The notes below the pieces were generated by a model that did not search any database, had not been told where the DNA came from, and was given only the letters and a program-made list of their open reading frames with translations. Below are positions 29,453 through 39,286 of a DNA stretch of 50,257 bases, piece after piece. Origin of the DNA: Candidatus Bathyarchaeia archaeon (GTDB lineage Archaea; Thermoproteota; Bathyarchaeia; Bathyarchaeales; Bathycorpusculaceae); assembly GCA_049512075.1 (NCBI GenBank), contig JBEKXL010000017.1, forward strand, positions 1-50,257. The letters run 5' to 3'. Positions within the stretch are counted from its first letter, which is position 1, and every line of letters begins with the position of its first letter. The position numbers and the translations under genes were made by a program.

Positions 29453-31324
29453 TTAGGTTTTCAGGTATTTTTCTACTTCATTTTCTGCGTTGTCTGCTTT
29501 TATGAATATTGGGACGTTTTCCATGCCTGTGGCTATGTAGCTTGAGAGGAGCCATTCGCCCGGGGCAAATTCTAAGGTCTTTTCAAGTATGCTTTTGTCT
29601 ACCATGAATGTGTCGCTTACAAGCTGTCTATCGTACGGTCTGGGCAAGGTGCCCACGAAGTATGTGTGAATTTGTTGGAGCGCGTTTGTGTTTAGGTAAG
29701 CGATGCGCTGGGTCGCTATGCACACGCCGAGGCCGTATTTTCTTCCTTGCCTGAGCAGGGTTTCAACGTGAGATGAGCATTTAGCTTCTATGCCTGCGCC
29801 GTTGCTGGGGATGAATTCCTGCGCTTCATCGAAGACTATTAGGATGTAGGGTTTCACCGTGAATCGACGTTTTCGGCGGACGAGCAGGTCCTGCGTTAGG
29901 TTTATGGCGAGTTCCTTTATCGTGTAGGGGTCTGAGATTGAAATGCAGACGAGGTTGGTTTTCTTGTCTTCGAGGGTCTCGCAGATTTTTTCTACGGTTA
30001 GTCCACTTGTGCTTTCCGTTTCTTTTTCACGGCCTTTTTTTATTGTGTCGATTATCGAGTTTCTTGTTGTTGCCCAAGCGTACAGACCGCTCTTGTCATG
30101 TACTTTAAACTGTTCAACCGTTTCGGTTGCGATTTGGTCTATGTGATGGACGAAGTCCTCGGTGACTTGTTGGTTTTCGCTTAACCCGTGCTCTTCGACG
30201 TATTCACGAATGGCATCGTATATTCTGTCCAAGGCGTTGATGTAATGCGGCTTGTCCACTGATCCTCCTCTTTGGCCATCAAGCTCTTCCATGAATTGAC
30301 TGTAGGTTGGAATCTGCTGCCGGGGCTTTGTATAATAAGCCAGTTTTCCTTGGTCAATTATGCGTTGCAGCCCTTTCTTTGTGCGTTCGTCTGTCTCGTA
30401 TTCTCTCGGTTTGACAACGGAGTTGAAGAACTGTTCCAAGGAGTCGATTCTGTGCTCAAGAATTACTCTTGAGTGAATCTTGGGGTCTGCGAGTACGTCG
30501 AGCAGCAGGAACATGTATTCGCAGCTTATGTCAAAAATGACTACCTTCGTGTTGTCGGTGTGAAGAAGAAGCCTCCTGAGGATATTTGACATCAGATTGC
30601 TCTTGCCGCCGCCGGTGAAGGCGAACACGCCGAAGTGGTAGCGAACGAGTTTTTCAAAGTCGACGTATATCGGGATGGCAGTCTTGCTCGTCTCGAACAT
30701 TTTTATTAGGCCAAGTCTCTGGTCGATTCTGGCATCTTCCACGGTTTTGGATGTGTCTATGCCGTACTCTTCAGCAATTTTCTGGTTGTACATGCGGTTT
30801 ATCATTTCACCGTTCAACACATAGCAAGGGCTTCCTGCGACTGGGTAAGAAAAGCCCTTGACGAACTTGAATTCGCAGTTCTTGTTCAGAATCAAGTCGT
30901 AGTTTACTGGAACAGCATCTATTTGAATCATCATAGTGGAGGTGTCATCCGTCTGCCAGTCACTCTCTGACTGCTCTATGATTTCAAACTGCATAGGATA
31001 GTAACCGCGGTCGGACAGGCCGCGCAGACCGAAATGTTCAGGCCAAACGCGACTGACCTCCATCAGCGTGTATCTTTCCGAACCAAGCTCAACTTGCCTG
31101 AAGTTCTTGACGGCCAGCAGCATGCCTTCTTCCAAAAGCCCCATGAGATCCTTTTGGTATTCAATTTTGACGCGGCACTGGTAGCGTGCACTCGTGCCGG
31201 CAACCTTGGTTTCTTCGCCGCCCATGAAGAATCTTGGAATAACGGCAGCGAGTCTCGCGTTGAACTTGCCGTCAAAGTCGGTGAAGCATGAGGTATTAAG
31301 TGTTCTCTCTTCTTGTGGATTCAA
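29453..31324 (-). CDS. herA: HerA-family ATPase/helicase
   Basis: HFGVFAFTGGGKSN (Walker A), VIFD, IVFDEAQ (Walker B), RQGRKYG, ATQR. Confidence 0.9.
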   Translation of the reverse strand: MNPQEERTLNTSCFTDFDGKFNARLAAVIPRFFMGGEETKVAGTSARYQCRVKIEYQKDLMGLLEEGMLLAVKNFRQVELGSERYTLMEVSRVWPEHFGLRGLSDRGYYPMQFEIIEQSESDWQTDDTSTMMIQIDAVPVNYDLILNKNCEFKFVKGFSYPVAGSPCYVLNGEMINRMYNQKIAEEYGIDTSKTVEDARIDQRLGLIKMFETSKTAIPIYVDFEKLVRYHFGVFAFTGGGKSNLMSNILRRLLLHTDNTKVVIFDISCEYMFLLLDVLADPKIHSRVILEHRIDSLEQFFNSVVKPREYETDERTKKGLQRIIDQGKLAYYTKPRQQIPTYSQFMEELDGQRGGSVDKPHYINALDRIYDAIREYVEEHGLSENQQVTEDFVHHIDQIATETVEQFKVHDKSGLYAWATTRNSIIDTIKKGREKETESTSGLTVEKICETLEDKKTNLVCISISDPYTIKELAINLTQDLLVRRKRRFTVKPYILIVFDEAQEFIPSNGAGIEAKCSSHVETLLRQGRKYGLGVCIATQRIAYLNTNALQQIHTYFVGTLPRPYDRQLVSDTFMVDKSILEKTLEFAPGEWLLSSYIATGMENVPIFIKADNAENEVEKYLKT

Positions 31325-33188
31325 TTGAAGCTCTCCTTTCCCTGAAAGTGCTCATATAGAATATGAACTTTCTCAATTTATGGTTGTTGAGCATCCAGTT
31401 TGCCGTCGTGTCCACCATGCATCTGAACTGGTTGTAGTTCCATTTTGCAATCTTGTCTGCAATGAACAGCGGCTTGTTGTGGCCGAAGGCTTCCGGGATG
31501 CTGGATGGAGCCATGGCGACCAGCACGTTCATGACAAGATTCTGAAGCTCGTTAGTCGCATCCTTGTTTTGGAACAGGATTATTTCAACGGGTTCTGTCG
31601 CTCCGCCGAATTCGTTCCGGAGTTTCACAATGTTTTCAGGTCTGCAGTCGTGTTCTGGGTACACTAGACGGTCGATGAGAAGCACATTGCTGCGCAGCAT
31701 CGGATCCGTCCTTGCCTGGCTTAGCTGCACGTACGTTTTGAGGAATGCTTTCTCAAGGGTTATTCTGTTCTTTATGGCGCCTGAAACGTAACCTGGACCT
31801 TTTTGCCGGTCTGGAACCATCGTTCTAACAGCAGAGTCGTATTCGATGAGACTCCAAGGAGGTTTGATATTCTCAGGGTTGAAGATGCTCGCCGATTGGA
31901 GTATCATGCGATCAGTGTTAGGCAGAGCTGCAAAGGTTTCTTGGGTGACTGTGGTCTTCAACAGTCCCTCGTTGTGCAGTATTGGAACCAGTTGGCGCTT
32001 GAAGTCTCTTGCCGCCGTGTCCTTTGTCATGCCTATTAACAGGATGTGCTTCTTCCAGCATTCTTCCATCAGCATGTGCAATGTGAAAAGAGTTAGGAAA
32101 GCAATATCAAGGGTTGTCAGCCAATGTTCTTCATTGGCCTTGACAATTTTCATCGCTTTGTCTGATCCTGAAAAAAAGAACTGATCGCCCAAGGTCGTCA
32201 CAAGCTTGCTAACGCGTTCCCAGGTTGTGTTGTACCTTGCGTTTAGAACAAAAGTCTCGTTTAATTCTTCTTTCAGGATTTCTCTTTTAACCAGACTGTT
32301 CAGATTTCGTCTTGTTCTTTTTGCCCTTTTCTCGTCGTCTATGCCTAATTCACCGAAGATCTGCTTGAGTGTTAATGGTCCCTTTCGTCGGACCAGGCTG
32401 GTTATCGCGTGAAGGAGGTAATCCGCTCTTGCCGGTGGCAAGCCCAGCGCTTGGTTGAACACGTGTTGTCTGGCTAAGGTCAAATCATTCTCGTCGATGG
32501 CCTCTCCGTCGATTTCGTATCCTCTTATGTTGCTTTTGGTCTTCCAGAATTCGTGTTTTGACGTGTCGTAAAGCAGGCTTGCGCGTTCGATTGAAAGACT
32601 TCTGTCTAGGAGGATTATGCGTGTTTTCTTGCTTTCATCTGAGGCGAGTTTGTAGGCGAGGTAGTATTCAGAGAAAGTCATTATCCTGTCTGCAATCGTT
32701 GAATTGTCTATTATCGATTCGTCTGTGAAAGGCTTGTTAGGGTTGACTTCTTCCGAAGGGTGATCGCCGTAGAAAGCCTGGTCCAAGTCAACGACTTCGT
32801 TAATGTAAATTGGTACAACACTGGAGATGCCGGCTCTTTGTTGCATCGTCTTTTCGTCATACTTGACGATTGGCGCACCTTTTTCTCTGAAAGTCACAGT
32901 GCCAGTGGATGCATATGCCCCTCCGAAGAATATCACCATGTCAAACAGTGGCCTAGAATACATCGTGCCGTCGATGCCTGCAAAGCGAACCGTGGAATCA
33001 TTGAAGAATTCTTTTGCGGTCGCGTACGCCTCTTCGTGACCAAACTTCATTCTTATCAGGTTCGAAAGAAGGCCTTCGTAAAGGTTCCCGAGCGACGAAA
33101 ATCGCCGCTCATAGTCTGACACCTGTGAGGATGCCCCAAACTTGAGCACATCGGAAATTCTCTTCGTCTCTTTACTTAAAGAGGACAA
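31296..33188 (-). CDS. nurA: NurA-family nuclease with internal wHTH insertion
   Basis: FAGIDGT, ILLDRSL, IGMTKD, GHNKPLFIADKIAK; overlaps herA. Confidence 0.8.
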   Translation of the reverse strand: MSSLSKETKRISDVLKFGASSQVSDYERRFSSLGNLYEGLLSNLIRMKFGHEEAYATAKEFFNDSTVRFAGIDGTMYSRPLFDMVIFFGGAYASTGTVTFREKGAPIVKYDEKTMQQRAGISSVVPIYINEVVDLDQAFYGDHPSEEVNPNKPFTDESIIDNSTIADRIMTFSEYYLAYKLASDESKKTRIILLDRSLSIERASLLYDTSKHEFWKTKSNIRGYEIDGEAIDENDLTLARQHVFNQALGLPPARADYLLHAITSLVRRKGPLTLKQIFGELGIDDEKRAKRTRRNLNSLVKREILKEELNETFVLNARYNTTWERVSKLVTTLGDQFFFSGSDKAMKIVKANEEHWLTTLDIAFLTLFTLHMLMEECWKKHILLIGMTKDTAARDFKRQLVPILHNEGLLKTTVTQETFAALPNTDRMILQSASIFNPENIKPPWSLIEYDSAVRTMVPDRQKGPGYVSGAIKNRITLEKAFLKTYVQLSQARTDPMLRSNVLLIDRLVYPEHDCRPENIVKLRNEFGGATEPVEIILFQNKDATNELQNLVMNVLVAMAPSSIPEAFGHNKPLFIADKIAKWNYNQFRCMVDTTANWMLNNHKLRKFIFYMSTFRERRASIESTRRENT

Positions 33189-33594
33189 ATTATCTCTTTT
33201 CTCCCTTTTCTCAATAGACTTCTGACAGTAAAAATCTTGTCAATATTGATATGCACGTGAATGACTTTCGTCTTGCTAACTAGAAAGGCGCGCATGGGTG
33301 TTTCTGGATCCGTTGTTTAGGTGTGATAAAGGCTGAGCAGCGTGTCTTGCGTTGTATAGTTTGTGTGTGCGTGCAACATGTCTAGGCGCGCGCATAGCAG
33401 AGGGACGGTGCAACGAATCTGCACGCAGTGTAAATTGTTCCAGTTCACGTCTTCAAACGAGGATTTCGAGGTCAAGCGCAACCCCAGCATGATAGTCTGA
33501 TGATGTGTCGTTTTTGGATATATATCGAGATTCGAAAAAACTGTTTTATTGAGATTCACGATATGAAACTGTAAGGGCGTAGGATGGCATCTGA

Positions 33595-33831
33595 ATGAAG
33601 AAGAGGATAAAGGTTGAATTGCGAGGCGTTAAGGCTGCCGAAAACATGAAGCTTCGCTGGAAAGCTGCCAGGCAAATCCAACAGGAACTTCTGGAAAAGA
33701 AGCTACTGCAATGCTTCCTGAGTCCAGGTGAAGATGAAGCGTGCATCAAACAATATCCTATGGCCATGCAACCCCTGATGAGGGAATTCATCCGAAAAGC
33801 AGAAGAGCAAATGAGGACTTTCAGAATATAG
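33595..33831 (+). CDS. Hypothetical protein
   Basis: 78-aa ORF with AGGA upstream; no motif recognised. Confidence 0.45.
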   Translation: MKKRIKVELRGVKAAENMKLRWKAARQIQQELLEKKLLQCFLSPGEDEACIKQYPMAMQPLMREFIRKAEEQMRTFRI

Positions 33832-34085
33832 CAGGCAATTTGAACATGGGTTGCTCGTGTAGCAGACATGAACAAAACTCTCGAATTGCCTTAAGTAGAT
33901 TATATCGAGTAGAAGATATGAAATAACCTATTCTTTTCAAGCTGTTTTCCTGCGCTACAGTTTCGACACATTTCTCATAAGTTAGCGCGCGCTGTGACTT
34001 CTGTTTGCTGAACGATGTGCGCTCGCTCTTTTTGATGCAGATGGAGAGTTGCTCAGGGTGGTGGAGGAGGCGGAATTGGAGGATA

Positions 34086-34226
34086 GCGCGCGCGCTCAAA
34101 TTCTCAAAAGCCAAAACCAGCAGAATCCTCGGAGACATGGAAAGCAAAGGATTTATCAAAAGACACAAGAGCGGAAGGGACAAAGTGGTGTCTCTCCAGA
34201 AAGAACCTGAAAAAGCAAGAAGCTAG
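34086..34226 (+). pseudogene. C-terminal wHTH fragment (MarR/DUF7343-like tail)
   Basis: ARALKFSKAKTSRILGDMESKGFIKRHKSGRDKVVSL; begins in GCGCGCGCGC 34086-34095. Confidence 0.7.
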
Positions 34227-34596
34227 ACTAGTGGCTTGAAAAATGGGGGAAATTGCTCCCAGATTTCGAAGTTGTTTCAGTTGGTTGTAAGATGGTATCA
34301 GAAAAGCTGCTCCACGATTTCTCATTTTGGAACCTGCTAGATTCGATAACGCATGACACAGCCACAAGCACCACCGTCACAGAGTGCTTGACAGACAAGC
34401 CAGCTCGATATTCTCCCTTTTTTCAGAAGCCTCATGACAGGCTCGATGCCGTCTGTAAAACGCTTTGATTCGTTTTGTCGGTTGAAACTATCTAAGCACG
34501 CACTCCTACGAATGTTGGCACGTCAAAAAGAATATAGGAGTTGATGTTTTAGTACAAAACCGGATAGTTTGTAACTCGAATGGGAAGGCGAACATC

Positions 34597-36273
34597 ATGT
34601 CCAAGGTGATTGATGAAGAAACGAAGGCGCAACTTCAGGAAATCCTGAACAATCTGATCTCCCCTGTAAGACTAGTATTCTTCACCCAAAAAAACGCTTG
34701 TCCTGCGTGTGAGCAACAACTCGAGCTTCTGAAGGATTTGAGTTCCCTCTCAAGCAAGCTTGAACTCACGGTCTATGACTTTGTGCTGCACGGTGACGAA
34801 GCAATGAGCTACAAAATAGACAAGATACCGGCCACGGCTGTCATCGGAAAGAGAGATTATGGAATACGATTCTACGGTCTTACTGCTGGCTATGAATTCT
34901 CTTCGCTAATACAGGCCATCTTGATGGTGTCCACGGGTAGCTCAGGTTTGGACCCACAACTGGAAGAGCTTGTGAAGAGCATAAAAGAACAGGTACACCT
35001 TCAGGTGATGGTGACATTAACCTGTCCCTACTGTCCGAGAATGGTGCATGTTGCGGACCAGTTTGCTCTTGTCAATCAAAACATCCGTGCAGACATGGTA
35101 GAAGCCTCAGAGTTTCCCCAGCTAGCCCAAAGATACAATGTGACCGGCGTTCCCAAAACCATCATCAACGAAGCACACTCTTTTGAAGGCGCGATACCGG
35201 CGGGAACAGTGTACATGGAGATTTTGAAAGCTGTAAGTCCTGAAGAATACAAGCGCCTAGAAGAGGCCATACGCGAAATCCAAGACACACGAAAGACTGG
35301 ATTAGCAGAAGAGAAGCACGAATATGAAGTCATAATTGTGGGGGGCGGGCCGGCTGCCATGTCCGCGGCCATTTATTCCGCTCGCAAGGGACTGGATGTC
35401 GCTCTAATAGCGAAAAAGCTGGGCGGACAAATCGAGTATACCGCCACTGTTGAAAACTATTTGGGTATGCCGAACGTCAGCGGGGCAGACTTGGCGGAAG
35501 CATTCCGCGGCCACCTTGAAGGCTATCCTATCGCGGAGGCACTCGGTTCGGATGTGGTGATGATCAGGAAAACGGACGACAGTTTTGTTGTCTTGACAGA
35601 CGACGATCGACAGTTCAGAGCGCGTTCGGTGATATACTGCGCGGGGAAAGAATACAATCGACTCGGGGTTCCCGGAGAAGAGCAGTTCATCGGAAAAGGC
35701 ATAGGGTTCTGCGCCACCTGCGACGCTCCGCTCTACCGAGACAAACGCGTGGCTGTCGTTGGAGGCGGCAACTCTGCCTTCACCTCTGCGCGTGACTTGC
35801 TCAGCTTCGCCTCTGAGGTTCACCTGATTCATCGAAGGAAAGAATTCAAAGCTGATGCCGCCTTAGTCCAAGAGGTCCTCAAGGTAAAGAACCTCACTGT
35901 TCACACCGACACGGTAGTTCGTTCCTTTCTTGGAAAAGACAAATTGACAGGCGTCAGACTCGAATCAGTCGATGGCAAGGACAGGTTTGACCTCAACGTG
36001 GACGGAGTCTTTCTTGAAATCGGCCTGAACCCGAACACGAGTCCATTAAAAGCCTTGGTTGAATTGAACAAGAGAGGTGAAGTTCCCGTGAGCAAGGATC
36101 AGTCCACGACAATAAAGGGTCTATTTGCGGCAGGAGACGTTACCGACGTTGAAGAAAAACAGATATCTATAGCTGTTGGCCAAGGCGCCCTAGCCGCGCT
36201 CGCAGCGCACAAGTATCTCGTACAAAACCATCTTACCAACAGCAAAATTGGCCCGAAGGAACAATGGGAGTAG
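34597..36273 (+). CDS. trxB: Protein-disulfide oxidoreductase fused to thioredoxin reductase (AhpF-like architecture)
   Basis: Two Trx folds (CPAC, CPYC), then GGGPAA, CATCD, GGGNSA, FAAGDV. Confidence 0.92.
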   Translation: MSKVIDEETKAQLQEILNNLISPVRLVFFTQKNACPACEQQLELLKDLSSLSSKLELTVYDFVLHGDEAMSYKIDKIPATAVIGKRDYGIRFYGLTAGYEFSSLIQAILMVSTGSSGLDPQLEELVKSIKEQVHLQVMVTLTCPYCPRMVHVADQFALVNQNIRADMVEASEFPQLAQRYNVTGVPKTIINEAHSFEGAIPAGTVYMEILKAVSPEEYKRLEEAIREIQDTRKTGLAEEKHEYEVIIVGGGPAAMSAAIYSARKGLDVALIAKKLGGQIEYTATVENYLGMPNVSGADLAEAFRGHLEGYPIAEALGSDVVMIRKTDDSFVVLTDDDRQFRARSVIYCAGKEYNRLGVPGEEQFIGKGIGFCATCDAPLYRDKRVAVVGGGNSAFTSARDLLSFASEVHLIHRRKEFKADAALVQEVLKVKNLTVHTDTVVRSFLGKDKLTGVRLESVDGKDRFDLNVDGVFLEIGLNPNTSPLKALVELNKRGEVPVSKDQSTTIKGLFAAGDVTDVEEKQISIAVGQGALAALAAHKYLVQNHLTNSKIGPKEQWE

Positions 36274-36520
36274 CATGGACAGACAAGAGCAAGCCGCTAC
36301 TACATATCATAAAAAACTTGAATATGATTCACTACCTAGCGAACGAGCGACGTCTCAGATGTGAAAGATTGGGGGAAAATTGCCTTGCAGACTCTCCCAC
36401 TACCACAGGTGATCGCGATTCCGCCTGGAAACCTTTTTCCTTTGCCCTTCTGCAAAAAGGCAACTGTCTTGAATAACTTCAGTTCCGTACGCACTATTCA
36501 TGGTTTTGCCGGCGGTATTC

Positions 36521-36982
36521 TCAGTACTTGAATGTGAGGTACAAGAGAACTGCTAACGCAAGGCAAGTAAACAAGTCTGGCAACACGGCAAACGGGCCGA
36601 GACCAAACTCGTAGAAACCAAACACCCGATGCAATAAAGGAATTGAGACAAAAGCGTGCAAAAGAAGGACCGCTGAGAATATTATTAGCCCTATTGTGAA
36701 CTCAGACTGCGTCTTCCGGTAAATGTTAACGTACATGAGCAACAGAATGATCGAAAGTGTTACATTGACCACGGAAACTACTGTTTCTAGCGTGTAGAAA
36801 AGCTCTATGTCTCCGCGAATGTCCTCCGGGGGAAGCGGTCGGCGCCCAAAGGGAGAAGGCTCAAACTCAATCGTGGAAGTGGCCCAGAGTGCAGTTAGGA
36901 CAGCTATTACCACGACAGCTATCACTATCAGAGTTGCTAGTATTAGGGAAGTTCTCGTTTTCTTTTGCATATAATGGTTCAT
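36521..36982 (-). CDS. Four-TM membrane protein co-transcribed with the wHTH regulator
   Basis: Four hydrophobic helices; starts 17 nt after the regulator stop. Confidence 0.85.
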   Translation of the reverse strand: MNHYMQKKTRTSLILATLIVIAVVVIAVLTALWATSTIEFEPSPFGRRPLPPEDIRGDIELFYTLETVVSVVNVTLSIILLLMYVNIYRKTQSEFTIGLIIFSAVLLLHAFVSIPLLHRVFGFYEFGLGPFAVLPDLFTCLALAVLLYLTFKY

Positions 36983-36999
36983 TGTTTTTCCCCCTTTTT

Positions 37000-37302
37000 C
37001 TACTTTTTCCAGATTTTCTTCAGAATCTCCTCGAATAGGGCGTAGTTCTCCTCCATGGCTGGAGATAAGAAATATGTTTTGCCGTATCCTTCTCCCGCGG
37101 ACGTGGTTATTCTGTTTTTTTCAAGCACTTGAAGATGGTGTCTTATTGTCCTGTAATCCATTCCAAGGAGGTTTGCTAGCTGATTTGCATTCTGCGGAGT
37201 CTCATTCAGGGCCTGAATTATTCTGGCGCGACTCGTTCCGCCTCTTGTGCCTGCAATTAGCCATCCAATTAGATACTTGAACGGACGCGCACTAGCAGCC
37301 AT
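37000..37302 (-). CDS. ArsR-type winged-helix transcription regulator
   Basis: WLIAGTRGG..RARII..L...PQNANQLA..L..DYRTIRHHL.VL. Confidence 0.92.
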   Translation of the reverse strand: MAASARPFKYLIGWLIAGTRGGTSRARIIQALNETPQNANQLANLLGMDYRTIRHHLQVLEKNRITTSAGEGYGKTYFLSPAMEENYALFEEILKKIWKK

Positions 37303-37412
37303 CTTTACCGCTCCGCATGCATCAAGGAGATTTTGTTAAACCTATTTGAACTAGTATAATAAATGTGTGACTCAACATTCCATCGTCACATCTCACATTA
37401 GCCTTGGACTAG

Positions 37413-37456
37413 ATTAGGAATAGAATCTGGCCCAATTCTGAAAAACAGTTTAATAA
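37413..37456 (+). promoter_or_regulatory. Operator-BRE-TATA module, copy 1
   Basis: ATTAGGAATAGAATCTGGCCCAATTCTGAAAAACAGTTTAATAA; near-identical copies at 39087 and 43359. Confidence 0.8.
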
Positions 37457-38084
37457 CGAACGCACCAACTTGGACGATTGGAGGTTGAGAAAAAGTCTAC
37501 AACACCCTATTCTCCAAAAAAGGGACTCGCAAAGGTCCAGAAAAGCTGAAGACTCTCTTTCTGTCTCCCCTCTCCATTTTCCTCCAGCTGTTCTGGACCC
37601 CAACGAGAACCAAAGGGGAATAGACAAGAAACCGTGAAGGAGATGACAAAAATGGACAAGAGCAAAATGCAAAACTCGTTTTCAGGCGCGATAATTAGCA
37701 AAGTCTCAACGTTTCATCTCTGCGTGGTGGAATGGGCAACACGTTCCTTCCAAACGGCCAGTTTGGAAGTCGGCAGAGCCTTCAAAGATGCGGCTCGTAT
37801 GCTCAGAATCATGACTTTTCTGCACTCCGCGAAAGATTTGCAATCCGTCCTTAGGCTCTACGGGATAGAAGATTCCCACGCGTGCCAGAGCTCAAACGAG
37901 ATGTAGCATTTGCGCGATTCGTGTTGCACGTGGTAATGTACGACTGGAAACGCGAACGGAAAAACTTTTAGTCGCAACCTCAATCTTTAGCTATTGCCTA
38001 CGGCCAGCAGGGAATGCTACGGAAGAAGAAAATGCGTCAAAACCCGAAAGGAAACTCGATTATCGCTATTCACGTCTTTTAGGA

Positions 38085-38933
38085 GTGGTTTTTCCCGGTG
38101 TTTACGTAGCGATATTGTGTGTCTTCTGCCTAGTATACAAGATACTTCCGGGGCCTGAGTTCATAGCCCTATGTTTTTTCATATACGCCGCATACAACAA
38201 GACGACTCGCCGTTTCATCGGGGACTGGGGCCCGTTTGTTTTTGTTTTCTTGTCTTTTGAAGCAATGTACGGGATTGTTGGCGGCCTGCCGAAGATTGTG
38301 CACATCGAGGAGCCTATCATGGCGGACTTGCGACTGTTCGGTTCTATCCCAACGCTAGTCCTTCAACAGCTCTTTAGGAGTCCCTTTCTGGACTATCTTG
38401 GAGCCTTCTTCTATTCTCTCCATTTTGTGGCTCCAACGGTTTTTGCCTTCATATTGTGGAAGTACAGTCCCAAAAACTTCCGAAAATACACTCTCGCCCT
38501 TGCAATAGGCACCTACAGCGCCTTGGTAACGTTTCTTGTTTATCCAGTCGCACCCCCATGGTATGGAGTTAATGCAGTGTATGGAGCCAATACTGTTACA
38601 CGAATTCTGTTCCAAGTGGACAGCAACATAGGCATTCCCTTCTTCCGCACCATTTTCGATTACATTTCAGCCGACCCGTTTGCGGCGTTTCCGAGTCTTC
38701 ACGCAATGTTTCCATGGCTGATTTCACTCTTCGCCCTGAAAATCAAGAAAACACGAGCTTTACCCATCCTCGTGTTCCCTGCAGGCGTGTGGTTCAGCGC
38801 CGTCTATCTTGGAGAACATTACGTAGTAGACATAATAGGCGGAATCATCTACGCAACATGCGCCTTCCTTATAGTGGAAAAGCTTGTTCCACACATCACC
38901 AAAAAACTCTCGCAGCAGATCAAAGCTTCATAA
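38085..38933 (+). CDS. PAP2-superfamily (Aur1/Ipt1-like) membrane phosphotransferase
   Basis: YPVAPPW, AAFPSLH, YLGEHYVVD motifs; multiple TM helices. Confidence 0.92.
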   Translation: MVFPGVYVAILCVFCLVYKILPGPEFIALCFFIYAAYNKTTRRFIGDWGPFVFVFLSFEAMYGIVGGLPKIVHIEEPIMADLRLFGSIPTLVLQQLFRSPFLDYLGAFFYSLHFVAPTVFAFILWKYSPKNFRKYTLALAIGTYSALVTFLVYPVAPPWYGVNAVYGANTVTRILFQVDSNIGIPFFRTIFDYISADPFAAFPSLHAMFPWLISLFALKIKKTRALPILVFPAGVWFSAVYLGEHYVVDIIGGIIYATCAFLIVEKLVPHITKKLSQQIKAS

Positions 38934-39086
38934 TGGACTAGGAAAGCCCTAGATGCTTCTGTGATTGGCAGTCGCATACGAATGAGTCTGTGCGTTTCAC
39001 ATCGGCAGGCCAGACTGTGTACATAAGTCTTTTCACGAACAGGACGGCGCGTGTATCCATTCGTCGACGATGAATTAGGACGTTGA

Positions 39087-39130
39087 ATTAGGAAAAGAAT
39101 CTGGTGCAATTCTGAAAAACAGTTTAATAA
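39087..39130 (+). promoter_or_regulatory. Operator-BRE-TATA module, copy 2 (ABC-htrA operon)
   Basis: ATTAGGAAAAGAATCTGGTGCAATTCTGAAAAACAGTTTAATAA. Confidence 0.85.
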
Positions 39131-39286
39131 CACTCTGCTCTTTCAAGCTGAATTGTCAGTAGACATGGAGATGGCAGCAGTGAAAGACGTGAAGAACCTT
39201 GGCCACGGACGACATAACATAATATCCGGGTTCATAATTGCTGCCCCTCCTCGCCTCATTGAATTGAATATGGAACGCTTGGAACG

